Assembly (NCBI GenBank): GCA_040772225.1
Contig: JAXGYO010000002.1
Location: forward strand, 1,066,767 to 1,130,766
Length of the DNA stretch: 64,000 nucleotides
Direction of reading: 5' to 3'
Source: Anaerolineae bacterium
GTDB lineage: Bacteria > Chloroflexota > Anaerolineae > UBA1429
Each line of letters starts with the position of its first letter. Position 1 is the first letter of the stretch. A program made the position numbers and the translations under genes. A model generated the notes under the pieces. That model saw only the letters and a program-made list of their open reading frames with translations. It searched no databases and was not told the DNA's origin. This document shows positions 33,449-43,273 of this stretch, piece by piece.

Positions 33449-34249
33449 TCAGTCCAGCGCCGCGCGCCACGCCGCCAGCATCTCGGGCAGGTCGGCATAG
33501 ATCAGGTCCGGCGGCGCCTCGTAGGCAAGCGCCTCTTCGCGGGTGGAGATCCCCGTCTCAACCATAATCGTGTGAATCCCTGCCCGGTGGCCGCCCAGGA
33601 TATCCGTATCCAGCCGGTCCCCAAGGATCGCGGTATCCTCCGAGCTGCCGCCCAGCATCTCCAGCGCCTCCAGCAGCGCCGGCGTCCCCGGCTTGCCGAT
33701 GATCAACGGCTCCACGTCAGTGGCCGCCGTGATCGCCGCCTGGATGCTGCCCGCCCCGGGGACGATGTCCCGCTCCAGCGGGTAGGTCTTGTCGGGGTTG
33801 GTGCCGATAAAGGTCGCCCCGTCACGGATGGCGAGGGTGGCGGTCACCAGCTTGTCATAGGTCAGGTACTTGTCCCAGCCGGCCACCACATAGGCCGACT
33901 CGCGCCCACCGATGACGAAACCGCGCGCCTCCAGCGCGTCTACCAGCGCCTGCTCGCCCACGACGAACACCCGGCTGCCAGCCGGGGCGTGCACCGCCAG
34001 GTACTGCGCGGTTGCCACGGAGGAGGGAAAGATCTGATCCTCGGGCACATCCATGCCCATCCCCAGGAGTCGCGCCCTGAATTGCGCCGCCGTGAGGGTA
34101 GAGTTGTTGGTAACCAGCAGGTAGCCCAGGCCGCGCTGCTGCAGAAACCGAATCAGGTCGGCAGCGCCGGGGAGCGCCGTGTGCCCGCGATACAGCACCC
34201 CATCCATATCCACCAGCAGGTTGCGAATCTGTCCCAGTCCGATGCTCAT
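33449..34249 (-). CDS. HAD-superfamily hydrolase, subfamily IIA (NagD-like phosphatase)
   Basis: 266 aa. Motifs: LLVDMDGVLYRG (DxDG), YLLVTNNST, GKPG, and GDRLDTDILGGHRAGIHTIMVETG. Confidence 0.9.
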   Translation of the reverse strand: MSIGLGQIRNLLVDMDGVLYRGHTALPGAADLIRFLQQRGLGYLLVTNNSTLTAAQFRARLLGMGMDVPEDQIFPSSVATAQYLAVHAPAGSRVFVVGEQALVDALEARGFVIGGRESAYVVAGWDKYLTYDKLVTATLAIRDGATFIGTNPDKTYPLERDIVPGAGSIQAAITAATDVEPLIIGKPGTPALLEALEMLGGSSEDTAILGDRLDTDILGGHRAGIHTIMVETGISTREEALAYEAPPDLIYADLPEMLAAWRAALD

Positions 34250-34478
34250 ACTACAACATGCCCCCTCACCATGCCCGTTCGCCAGCGCCAGGACTCAAAG
34301 TGGCATTATAGCATCGTGCGCGGCTCTGGCCAGAATGGTCTATCCAGACGCAACGCCAGACCGCAGAAGCCCCGCCACGGCGCCGATCCGGCAGCAGGCG
34401 TTTCCCAAACTGAGAAAACTCCGCTATCATAGGTGCGCCCGGAACACGGCGCGAAACCCACAGAACGAGGTGCCTCGT

Positions 34479-35081
34479 ATGCCCATTACCGTCGACGCGC
34501 GCGGCCTTGCGTGCCCGCAACCCGTGATTCTCACCCGCAACGCGATGCGCGAGTCCGATCAGGTGACGACGCTGGTCAGTGCGCCCGATCAGGTGGAGAA
34601 CGTGCGGCGTCTCGCTGAGCGCGCCGGCTGGGTGGTGACGGTGACCCCGGCCGAGCCAGGCCACGCGATACACATGACCAAGGGTCACGCGCCGCGCGAG
34701 CCCGAGGTGACGCCCGATATCGCCGTCTGTGCCCCTGGCACGGGGCCCGGACGCGTCCTGGTCCTGGCCAGCGATCAGATCGGACGGGGCGAAGCAGAGC
34801 TGGGATCGATCCTGATGCGATCATTCCTGTACACACTGCAACAGATCGAGCCAAGGCCCGACACCCTCATTCTGATGAATGCCGGCGTCAAGCTGGCGGT
34901 CGAAGGATCCCCGGTACTGTCCGATCTGCAAGCTCTGCAGAACAATGGCCTGCAGATCCTGGTGTGCGGCACGTGCCTGGACTATTTCCAGCTCAAGCAT
35001 CGCATCGCCGCGGGCATCATCTCGAACATGTACACGATCGCCGAGACGATTCTGTCTGCGGGGCAAAGTACCTTTCTCTAG
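34479..35081 (+). CDS. yedF: YedF-like sulfurtransferase/selenium-metabolism protein (TusA-like + DsrE-like)
   Basis: 200 aa from ATG 34479. MPITVDARGLACPQPVILTRNAM carries the TusA CPxP motif. The C-terminal half (VLVLASDQIGRGEAELGSILMRSFLYTL...LILMNAGVKL...ILVCGTCLDYF) is DsrE/YedF-like. The track ORF start at 34179 overlaps the divergent HAD gene and is rejected. Confidence 0.8.
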   Translation: MPITVDARGLACPQPVILTRNAMRESDQVTTLVSAPDQVENVRRLAERAGWVVTVTPAEPGHAIHMTKGHAPREPEVTPDIAVCAPGTGPGRVLVLASDQIGRGEAELGSILMRSFLYTLQQIEPRPDTLILMNAGVKLAVEGSPVLSDLQALQNNGLQILVCGTCLDYFQLKHRIAAGIISNMYTIAETILSAGQSTFL

Positions 35082-35115
35082 TGATATTGCTGACGCCTTT
35101 AGAGGAGACCACAGC

Positions 35116-35775
35116 ATGGACCCCACCACATTTCGACTGGTCGACTTGACGCATGTGATCGTGCCCGGTGAGGGCGCCCGTCCCATCACCATCGAGCGCG
35201 TGCCCGCGCCAGAGGCGGTGGCTGACGGGCTCTGGTACATCATGCACCGGGTGGAGATGCCGCTGAACCACGTGGGGACCCACATCGAGGCGCCCTATCA
35301 CGTCGATCCGAACGGCCTGGACGTTTCTCAGATACCGCTGGAAACGCTGTGCGGCAGTGCGGCCGTACTCGACCTGTCAATTGTTGCGCCAGGCGGTGTG
35401 GTGACAGACGCCGATATCGCCCTGGCGGCACAGCCAGCCGGCGGCTTACAGCCCGGAGACATCGTCCTGCTGCGTCTCGACTATGACTACAATCCGGCCA
35501 ACAACCGGCACTTTTCCGCGGAGGCGATCGGCTATCTGGTGGCCTCCGGCGTCAAGCTGGTGGGCACCGACCTGCTGGGCATCGAGCTGCCGCGAGACGA
35601 TCCCCGCCTGCTGGAGCAGTACAACCACCATCAACTGATGACGGCGGGCATCCCCCTCATTGAACAGGTGGCCCATCTGAACCAGCTCACCAAACCGCGC
35701 GTGACGGTGTTCGCGCTGCCCGTCCCCATTCGCGGGCTGGACAGCTTTCCGATCCGTCTGATCGCGCTGGAATAG
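35116..35775 (+). CDS. Putative cyclase family protein (kynurenine formamidase-like fold)
   Basis: 219 aa from ATG 35116 with GAGGAG SD. Motif NHVGTHIEAPYH matches the cyclase-family HxGTHxDxPxH, with E in place of D. Confidence 0.8.
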   Translation: MDPTTFRLVDLTHVIVPGEGARPITIERVPAPEAVADGLWYIMHRVEMPLNHVGTHIEAPYHVDPNGLDVSQIPLETLCGSAAVLDLSIVAPGGVVTDADIALAAQPAGGLQPGDIVLLRLDYDYNPANNRHFSAEAIGYLVASGVKLVGTDLLGIELPRDDPRLLEQYNHHQLMTAGIPLIEQVAHLNQLTKPRVTVFALPVPIRGLDSFPIRLIALE

Positions 35776-35788
35776 CCAGGAGGAACCG

Positions 35789-37459
35789 TTGACACCTGCT
35801 CGCACTGCACCATCCACCTGCCCTGCTGAACTCTTTGGCAAGCCCCTGCGCGGCGATCATGCTCTGGCTTACGGCGCGGTCGCGGCGGGGGTCAGCCTGG
35901 TCACCGGATATCCCGGCTCGCCTGCCACGCCCGTGTTCGACGCGATCCTGGCCGCTAGCGCGCCAGGCGAGCGGATTGTCCAGTGGGCCCCCAACGAAAA
36001 GGTTGCCATGGAGATGGCCATGGGCGCATCGCTGGCCGGCCAACGCTCACTGGTTGTGCTCAAGTCGGTGGGACTCAACGTCGCCCTCGATCCGCTGGCC
36101 ACCTTTAGCCTCTCAGGCTGTTTCGGCGGGCTGGTGATCCTGCTGGGCGATGACCCTGGCGGCTGGAGTTCTCAGAACGAACAGGACACCCGCTGGCTGG
36201 CACGCACGGCCGAGGTGCCCGTGATCGAGCCGGGAGATATTCGTGATGCGGCCAACCTGATGGTGCAGGCTTACGCCTGGTCCGAGGCTCATGGGCTGCC
36301 GATTATCCTGCGCATCACCAACAGCTATGCCACCGAAAAGGCGATGGTGGATCCGCCCTGGCAACTGCCCCGCGCTATGGGCGTCTTTCTGCGCAAGCGC
36401 GGCCGCTGGGTCGTGCTACCGACGACCGTCGTCAAGCGCCATCGCTCGCTGCATCGCCACCTCCGTGACCTGCAGCGCGATCTCGAAGGCTCACCCTATG
36501 ACCGTGTTAGCGGGAGCGGGCCGCAGGGCGTCATCGCCGTGGGGCATACCCTGCCGCGGGTGCGCGAGGCCCTGGCTGCAGACACCCAGGTGAGCCTGCT
36601 CTCGCTAACCAGCGTCTGGCCGCTGCCCGAGCAGGCGCTGGTCCAGTGGGCAGCCGATGTGGAGAGCGTCCTGGTCGTTGAGGAGGGCGGGTCCTTTGTA
36701 GAGAGCCAACTGCGGGGCCTGTTCCAGAGAGTGGGGGTGCAGGCGCAGGTACACGGCCGCGAAACTCGGCTGCTCCCCGATGAAGGAGAACTGACGGTCG
36801 CGGATATCGCTGCCGGGTTGGAGGCCTTCCGTCCCGGCCTGAGCGCGCGCGTTTCAGCAGCCCCTGCGCGCGCAATGCCCAGCCGCGTGCCGCTCTGCGA
36901 GGGGTGCGGCTATACGCCGCTCTTTGAGGCGCTGCTCGCCGCCATGGAGAAGCACGGCGGGCGAAACCGCCACATCGTCGTGGGCGAGACCGGCTGCATG
37001 GTGCGCGCTGACCTGCCTCCTATGGAGCTTTTCGATGTCAAGTACGGCCTCGGCTCAGGCCTGGGGATGGGCCTCGGCCTGGCCTTGAGCACGAAGCGGC
37101 AGCGCGTCGTCTGCCTGGTGGGAGACTCGTCCTTTTTCCACAGCGACAGCAACGCGCTGCCGCAGGTGATGCAAGCCAACGTCCCCATGACAATCATCGT
37201 GCTGGATAACGAGGTCACCGCGCTAACCGGCGGACAGGCCCATCCCGGCACGCCACATGACGAGCGGGGCACTAGCCGGAGCCAGCAGGACATCGTGCCC
37301 ATCTTGAGAGCCTACGGCATCATTCCTGCAGTCGTCATGCCCAGCAACCCCGAGGCCATGGCACAGGCGCTGGAAGCCGCCCTCGAAACCACCGGTCCCG
37401 CCTTTATTGTCGCCCGCGTGCCCTGCCCTCTCTATGCCAGCCGGGAAGAGACGTCATGA
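35789..37459 (+). CDS. Indolepyruvate/2-oxoacid:ferredoxin oxidoreductase alpha-like TPP enzyme (no partner beta subunit seen)
   Basis: 556 aa with a TTG start 5 nt after AGGAGG. N-terminus LRGDHALAYGAVAAGVSLVTGYPGSPATPVFD is IorA-like. TPP motif: VGDSSFFHSDSNALPQVMQANVPMTIIVLDNEVTALTGGQ. I did not see a ferredoxin-type CxxCxxCxxxC cluster. Confidence 0.7.
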   Translation: MTPARTAPSTCPAELFGKPLRGDHALAYGAVAAGVSLVTGYPGSPATPVFDAILAASAPGERIVQWAPNEKVAMEMAMGASLAGQRSLVVLKSVGLNVALDPLATFSLSGCFGGLVILLGDDPGGWSSQNEQDTRWLARTAEVPVIEPGDIRDAANLMVQAYAWSEAHGLPIILRITNSYATEKAMVDPPWQLPRAMGVFLRKRGRWVVLPTTVVKRHRSLHRHLRDLQRDLEGSPYDRVSGSGPQGVIAVGHTLPRVREALAADTQVSLLSLTSVWPLPEQALVQWAADVESVLVVEEGGSFVESQLRGLFQRVGVQAQVHGRETRLLPDEGELTVADIAAGLEAFRPGLSARVSAAPARAMPSRVPLCEGCGYTPLFEALLAAMEKHGGRNRHIVVGETGCMVRADLPPMELFDVKYGLGSGLGMGLGLALSTKRQRVVCLVGDSSFFHSDSNALPQVMQANVPMTIIVLDNEVTALTGGQAHPGTPHDERGTSRSQQDIVPILRAYGIIPAVVMPSNPEAMAQALEAALETTGPAFIVARVPCPLYASREETS

Positions 37460-38742
37460 CAGTTCGATTCCTCCATGCGGCAGACATCCACCTGGGGAAC
37501 CGGCAATATGGCCGCCAGGAGCGCCAGGACGACTTTGCCCGCTCCTTCCGTCACCTGGTACAGGCCGCCATCGACGCTCACGTCGACTTTGTACTGCTGG
37601 CAGGCGATCTGTTCCACAAGCGTACCGTCGAGGCCCGCACCTTTGTGCAGACGGCCGGCCTTTTGAGCGTGCTCAAAGAAGGCAACATTCCTGTGCTCGC
37701 GATTGAGGGCAACCATGAGCGCCCCTTTTTCAGCGAAGGGTTCTCCTGGCTGGACGGCCTGGCTGAACTCGATTTGCTGCGCGTGCTCTCAGGCGAGTAT
37801 CGCGACGGGGCCATCGTGCTGACCCCCTATGACGATGCCCGCCATCGCGGCGCATACATCGACATCAAAGGGGTTCGCGTCTACGGGCAGGCCTACTTTG
37901 GAGCTACGACTCCGCGGGTGGTAGCCGATCTGACCGCCGCCCTCGACGGCCTTTACCCGAGCGAGACCCAGCCCCGCCCGATGTTCTCTATACTGATGCT
38001 GCATGCCGGCCTGGAGGGCGTCCTGGATCACTATACCGGCACGCTCACACACAGTGCACTCGATGGGCTACGACCGCACATTGATTATGTCGCCCTGGGG
38101 CACATCCACAAGCCTTACATCCACGATGATTGGCTCTATAATCCTGGCTCGCTGGAGAACAATAGCGCCGATGAAGCACAGTGGGAAGACCGCGGCTACT
38201 TTATCGTCGATATAGAGCCCGGCTCCCCTGCCCGCCACAGCGCCACACTGCATCGCAGCACGCGCCGGCCCTATTTGCGACACAGCTTTTCGGTGGAAGC
38301 CTTCGAAACGCCCGAGGCGCTGATTTCGGCGCTGAGTCGGGATCTGGAACCATTCCGGCGCGATGATCAGCCCATCTTTGAGCTGCGCCTCACCGGAGTC
38401 CTTAACTTTGGCCGGCAAGACCTCGACCTCGCGCGCATCCAGCAAACGGCCGAGACCATCGTCCATCCGCTGCTGTGCCAGATCCAGGACCATACTCGCA
38501 GCAACGCCTACGAGTTCCGCACCGATGAACAGATGTCACGGCAGGAATTGGAGCGCAGGGTGCTGACCGAGATCGTGGAGAACGACATCCGCCGCAGGCC
38601 ACAGGCCGCACTCTGGGCAGACGCCGCGCTGCGCATCAAGCAGCTCGCCCTGGACGGAGCAGATCCGCCGGCCATCATCGAGATACTCTCAGAGGTGCTC
38701 GAGACAAAAGGCAGAGACGATGCGCCGCAGGAGCAGGCCTGA
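37456..38742 (+). CDS. sbcD: Mre11/SbcD-family nuclease
   Basis: 428 aa. Calcineurin-like phosphoesterase motifs: FLHAADIHLG, LLAGDLFH, AIEGNHE, MLHAGLEG, ALGHIH. The ATG overlaps the upstream stop (ATGA). Confidence 0.9.
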   Translation: MTVRFLHAADIHLGNRQYGRQERQDDFARSFRHLVQAAIDAHVDFVLLAGDLFHKRTVEARTFVQTAGLLSVLKEGNIPVLAIEGNHERPFFSEGFSWLDGLAELDLLRVLSGEYRDGAIVLTPYDDARHRGAYIDIKGVRVYGQAYFGATTPRVVADLTAALDGLYPSETQPRPMFSILMLHAGLEGVLDHYTGTLTHSALDGLRPHIDYVALGHIHKPYIHDDWLYNPGSLENNSADEAQWEDRGYFIVDIEPGSPARHSATLHRSTRRPYLRHSFSVEAFETPEALISALSRDLEPFRRDDQPIFELRLTGVLNFGRQDLDLARIQQTAETIVHPLLCQIQDHTRSNAYEFRTDEQMSRQELERRVLTEIVENDIRRRPQAALWADAALRIKQLALDGADPPAIIEILSEVLETKGRDDAPQEQA

Positions 38743-41462
38743 TGCTGATCTATTCCGTCAGGCTGGAGAATTTCAAGAGCTATGAGCAGGCCACGATTCG
38801 CTTTGAGCTCGGCACCAACGCGATTGTCGGACAGAATGGCGCCGGCAAGAGCTCCATCCTCGAAGCGATCGGCTTTGCGATGTTTGCCCACGCGGGTACC
38901 GCCAGACAGAGCGACCTGCTCCGAGAGGGTGCCACGTCCGGCTCGGTGACCGTGACGTTCTGCTCCTCGCTGGACGAACGGCGGTATGAGGTGGAGCGCG
39001 TGCTAGGCAAGACGGGCACCACCCGGCACAGAATCTATGATCCGGAGGCCGGCGGCATGGTGCTGGCCGAGAGCGTCAACGAGGTGACCCGTTGGCTGCG
39101 CGAGCATCTTGGAATCGATCAGGCAGGCAATCTCGATGACCTGTTCCGGAACACCATCGGAGTCCCTCAGGGCACCTTTACCGCGCCTTTCTTGATGACC
39201 GCAGGAGAGCGCAAGCACCTCTTCGATCCGCTGCTCCAGGTGGACGAGTACGATCGCGCCTACCAGAGATTGTTGGAGACGGCGCGACACCTGGCCGGCC
39301 AGCGGAACGCCCTGAATCAGGAGATCGCACGCCTTGAAGGGTTGCTGGCGCAACTGCCCGCCCTCATCACCGAACGGGATGCCCTGCACACGGATATTGC
39401 GGGCCTGGAAAGGACCTCTCGCACACTGGAGGTGACGCTGGCATCCGCTCGCGACGAGCTTGAGAGACTGGACCTGGCCGAGCACGAGGTGCGTCGGGTA
39501 GAACAAGCGCGGACAGAGATCGCGGCTCAGCACCAGGCCGCAGAACGTGCCCGAGAGAGCGCCGAGCTCAATGTGCGCGAGGCCGAGCAGGCCAGCACGC
39601 GGTTGGCTGGCGCCGAGCCCGGCTATCGCGAATACCTGGCCGCCGAGGCGCGCCGACACGCCCTGGAGCAGGACCGCAGCGCCAGGGAAAAGTCTATCCG
39701 AGCACTTGAGCAGCAACGGGTGGCCGAGAGTCGCGTTCAGACCCGGCTGGAGCAAGTACAACATGCGCTTGATGAGATTGCCGCGGCGGAGCGCGATCTC
39801 GCCGCATTGCAGCCTGACGTAGCTCGCCAGACGGAGCTGCAACGCGCCCTGGAGGATGCCCGGGCCGAGCAGCGCATCTTGCAGGAGACGAGACGCCAGG
39901 TAGCGACGATCGAGCGCGACCTGGCTGGGCAGCGCGAGCAGCTAGCAGGCGTTGAGGCGGAGCTTGCGCGCGTGCCGGGTATGCAGGCAGCTCTGGACAG
40001 GCTTGACCAGGCGCTAGAAACAATGGCAGAGACCGAGCGCGCGTTAGCTGACGAGCGCAGTACCGTCCAGGCCTATGTGAACCGCCTGAAAGAGCAGTCA
40101 GAGGTGCTGGAGAGAGAACACGGCGCCACCTGCCCGGTATGCGAGGGCGAGCTCAACCCTGAGCACCGTCGGGAACTCCTGGGACGTAATCAGGAACAGA
40201 TAGGAGAGTTGTCGGCGCGACTCAACGGAATCGTGGCGGAGCTGCGAAACTTGAGCGGAAAGAAGGCCAAGGCCCAGCGCGAGCGCTCTGCGCTGGAGCA
40301 GCAGCTGCGCGCCCAGCCTTCAGATGCGCAGCGTGACCATCTGGCTGATGCGGTCAGCAACAGCCAGAAGCGACTGGATGCTCTGCTGAAGCAGATGGCG
40401 GAAGCGGAGCAGCGGGCTGCCCAGATCACAGCGATCACACAGGAGCTTGAAGCGCTTCAAGATCCAGCAGCGCGTGCGCACGTGCTGGCCAGCCGCGTCG
40501 CGACCAGAGACCAGCGCAACGGCGAAAAGACAGAACTTGAGGCCGAATCCTCCCGCCTGGCGTCAGAGAGCGCGCATTTGCAGCGCCAGCTCGCGCAGTA
40601 TGACCGGCTGGATGAGGCACTTGCTGAGGTCGCGCAGACGCTGGCCCGAACGCGCGACGCTCACGACCAGTTCCTTTCAGCGCGCGACCTTGCAAGCCGC
40701 CTGGAGCAGCGGCGCGAGGACCTGGAGCAATGCCGGCGCGAGCTTGATGAGCTTGCATCTCGACTGGACGCGCTGACACAGGAGCAGGCCCGCGCCTCCG
40801 AAAGCTACAATGCCAGCCAACATGCGCAGGTCAGGCAACAGGTAGAGCAGGCAAACGCAGAGGTCATCCGCGCACGGACGCAACTCGCTTCATCCCAGGG
40901 ACGCCTTGCTGTGGTCGAAACGCAGATTGGCGAGCTGGAGGCAGCCCAGTTGACCCAACGCGCCAAACAGCGTGAGGCGGAGCATATCGCCGGACTGACC
41001 AGCACGCTAGAGGAGATGCGCACGCTGCTGCACTCGGCAGGGCCTTACGTTACCCGCCAACTGGTAGCCAACATCTCCACGCAGGCCTCGGCCTATTACG
41101 CGGACATCATGAACGATTACGCGGGACGTCTCACCTGGTCAGAGGACTATGAGCTGTCGCTCGAGGTTAAGGGGTACAAGCGCAGCTTCCAGCAACTCTC
41201 CGGCGGCGAGCAGATGAGCGCCGCTCTGGCGCTGCGGCTGGCCCTGCTGCGCCAGTTGACCAACATTAGCATCGCATTCTTTGACGAGCCGACTGCCCAT
41301 CTCGATCCGGAACGCCGCGATGGTCTCGCCGAAAAGATCATGCAGGTCAAGGGCTTTGACCAATTGTTCGTGATCAGCCATGACGACACCTTTGAGCGTT
41401 CAGCACAGAACTATATCCGCATCGTCAAGGAAAACGGCGTCAGCATGGTGGCCGGGGCGTAA
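38742..41462 (+). CDS. sbcC: Rad50/SbcC-family ATPase
   Basis: 906 aa. Walker A GQNGAGKSSILEAI, long coiled coils, and a central zinc hook CPVCEG. Signature LSGGEQMSAALALRLAL, Walker B FFDEPTAHLD, and D-loop/His VISHD. The start shares 1 nt with the mre11 stop. Confidence 0.9.
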   Translation: MLIYSVRLENFKSYEQATIRFELGTNAIVGQNGAGKSSILEAIGFAMFAHAGTARQSDLLREGATSGSVTVTFCSSLDERRYEVERVLGKTGTTRHRIYDPEAGGMVLAESVNEVTRWLREHLGIDQAGNLDDLFRNTIGVPQGTFTAPFLMTAGERKHLFDPLLQVDEYDRAYQRLLETARHLAGQRNALNQEIARLEGLLAQLPALITERDALHTDIAGLERTSRTLEVTLASARDELERLDLAEHEVRRVEQARTEIAAQHQAAERARESAELNVREAEQASTRLAGAEPGYREYLAAEARRHALEQDRSAREKSIRALEQQRVAESRVQTRLEQVQHALDEIAAAERDLAALQPDVARQTELQRALEDARAEQRILQETRRQVATIERDLAGQREQLAGVEAELARVPGMQAALDRLDQALETMAETERALADERSTVQAYVNRLKEQSEVLEREHGATCPVCEGELNPEHRRELLGRNQEQIGELSARLNGIVAELRNLSGKKAKAQRERSALEQQLRAQPSDAQRDHLADAVSNSQKRLDALLKQMAEAEQRAAQITAITQELEALQDPAARAHVLASRVATRDQRNGEKTELEAESSRLASESAHLQRQLAQYDRLDEALAEVAQTLARTRDAHDQFLSARDLASRLEQRREDLEQCRRELDELASRLDALTQEQARASESYNASQHAQVRQQVEQANAEVIRARTQLASSQGRLAVVETQIGELEAAQLTQRAKQREAEHIAGLTSTLEEMRTLLHSAGPYVTRQLVANISTQASAYYADIMNDYAGRLTWSEDYELSLEVKGYKRSFQQLSGGEQMSAALALRLALLRQLTNISIAFFDEPTAHLDPERRDGLAEKIMQVKGFDQLFVISHDDTFERSAQNYIRIVKENGVSMVAGA

Positions 41463-41464
41463 CA

Positions 41465-42646
41465 ATGCTCAGTCGATCTCACGTCATTCGTGCTCTCCAA
41501 TCCAAGCGTCAGGAATTCGTGGCCTTTGAGAGCGAGCGCCTGGAGACCCGCGACAGGTACGCGGAATATGTGCAGGCACTGTCCGCGCAGAGTCAGGCAG
41601 GGCTGGCGGGCGCCCTAAAGGGATACCTGCTCCCCGGCGCGCTGCCCACATCGGAGCGAATCGCGGGGCAGGGTATCGTACGGCCCTTTGGTCTTTCGTG
41701 GACGAACCACGAGGAGGCGCGGGAATGGGCCATGGAGCGCCTGCGGGGTGTGCGCACGGTGGCCGTGGATGGCTCGCAGATAACGCCGGATCCCAGTCTG
41801 ATGATGCCTGTAGGTGCTGTGCAGGTAGGCTGGTTCGAAAACCCCCACGACACCTCTCAGCGATATATCAAGGACATTCACTTTGAGGTCCTGGCGCCAG
41901 CCGAACTATCGCCGGAGCAGCTTGAGCGGCAGACGTTTCCTGACCAGCTGGTCAACGCCCGGCGGTTCGACCTCGAGTGCCAGCAGGTCGCTGCCACGCT
42001 GCGCGCCCACGCGGGCGAACACCCCACCCCGGTGGTGTTCTTTGACGGCTCGCTGGCGATCTCCTTCGCCGCGCAGATGCGTTCCGAGATGCGGCAGCGC
42101 TACATCGGCGGCATCCTGGAGGTGTTACAGGCCTCGGAAGAGTCGCGTGTTCCTCTGGTGGCGTACGTGGATACCTCCTATGCCACAGACCTGATCTCCA
42201 TGCTCAAGTACTTGCACAATGAGACACGGCCGCCGCGCATCAGCGATGGTGCCATTTTGCGACCGCTGATGGCCTGGGGCGATCGCACGGAGGCCTGGGT
42301 CTGCGCTCGCGATGACAAGCTCTTTGAGGACCACGCCGACCTGTCCTACTATGACCGGGTGCATTTCCTGTACCTCAAGGTCTCCGGCAGCAACCCGCCG
42401 GTACGACTGGATGTGCCCGCGTGGATACTGGAGGACGGCCGCCTCGATGAGGTCATCGATATCGTGCGCGCCGAGTGCATCGTCGGCACGGGATATCCCT
42501 ATGCGATCGAGACGGCCGATGCTCTCGCCGTCATCACGATGCAGGACCGCGAGCGGTTCTACGGTGTACTCCAGGAGTTCGTACAGCAGAACCGGTTGAG
42601 CTGGACCTTTTCGCGCAAAGCACAGAGCAAGCGGGGCCGGCGTTAG
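41465..42646 (+). CDS. nurA: NurA-like nuclease
   Basis: 393 aa, starting 2 nt after the rad50 stop. It has the RTVAVDGSQI motif (NurA catalytic DGS) and sits next to herA. Family call is from motif and context only. Confidence 0.65.
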   Translation: MLSRSHVIRALQSKRQEFVAFESERLETRDRYAEYVQALSAQSQAGLAGALKGYLLPGALPTSERIAGQGIVRPFGLSWTNHEEAREWAMERLRGVRTVAVDGSQITPDPSLMMPVGAVQVGWFENPHDTSQRYIKDIHFEVLAPAELSPEQLERQTFPDQLVNARRFDLECQQVAATLRAHAGEHPTPVVFFDGSLAISFAAQMRSEMRQRYIGGILEVLQASEESRVPLVAYVDTSYATDLISMLKYLHNETRPPRISDGAILRPLMAWGDRTEAWVCARDDKLFEDHADLSYYDRVHFLYLKVSGSNPPVRLDVPAWILEDGRLDEVIDIVRAECIVGTGYPYAIETADALAVITMQDRERFYGVLQEFVQQNRLSWTFSRKAQSKRGRR

Positions 42647-42674
42647 CCGGACCGTTACCGGACAGGAGTGTGCG

Positions 42675-43262
42675 ATGATCATCGGCAAGATCGTGAATGC
42701 CAGCAGCCACGTAGATTATGTGTGTCAGATCTATGGGCCCGGCGAGGCGGCCCTTCCGCCAAGCCCACCCGACCATGGTTTTGGCACTTTTGTGGCCATC
42801 GAACAGGAGGGTAATGCCTGCCTGGTGGGCCTGATCGCCAACACAATGCTGGTCAATCCCGAATTCGGGAACCTGGGGCCGCGACTATCGCCAGAAGAGG
42901 ACCTGGCAGTCTTTTCCCCGGATTATCTTGCCGAACAGGCCACGCTGGTGTCGATCATCGTCATCGGTGCCCGGACAAGCGATGGCGCCATCACTCAGGG
43001 AGTCCCTCTGGTGGCTGCGGACATCGATGCACAGGTGCGGTGCCTCGCCGATGACGAGATCGCACAGTTTCACCTGGAGAGCGGGCGGCTGCAGTTAGCC
43101 TACCTCTCGCTGCTCCTGGGCATGGCGGCCAACCCCCTGATGCCCTCGTTGCTCCAGCAGTTGACTTCTGAATTGGCCACCCGTTTCCCGGAGCAGGCGG
43201 CAACGCTGGCCGTCCTGCGTCGCAACCTGGCCTGGCGAGCCTCCGTGCTCCCGGCTGGCTGA
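42675..43262 (+). CDS. Hypothetical protein, possible stand-alone HAS-barrel-like domain
   Basis: 195 aa with AGGAG SD. MIIGKIVNASSHVDYVCQIYGPGE...FGTFVAIEQEGNACLVGLIANT...LVSIIVIGARTSDGAITQGVPLVAADIDAQVRCLADDEI parallels the N-terminal barrel layout of the adjacent HerA (EYVFVAADPEQLVKYGEFVYYET...ILGRVS...ITVAILGYFDP...PPPSGTPIYVATNEHL). No Walker motifs. Confidence 0.55.
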   Translation: MIIGKIVNASSHVDYVCQIYGPGEAALPPSPPDHGFGTFVAIEQEGNACLVGLIANTMLVNPEFGNLGPRLSPEEDLAVFSPDYLAEQATLVSIIVIGARTSDGAITQGVPLVAADIDAQVRCLADDEIAQFHLESGRLQLAYLSLLLGMAANPLMPSLLQQLTSELATRFPEQAATLAVLRRNLAWRASVLPAG

Positions 43263-43273
43263 GGAGAGTGATC

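Noticed and set aside
34179-34478. N-terminal extension of yedF (track ORF starts at 34179)
   Set aside because: It overlaps the start of the divergent HAD gene and translates poorly. MPITVDARGLACPQP at 34479 is the typical TusA/YedF N-terminus.
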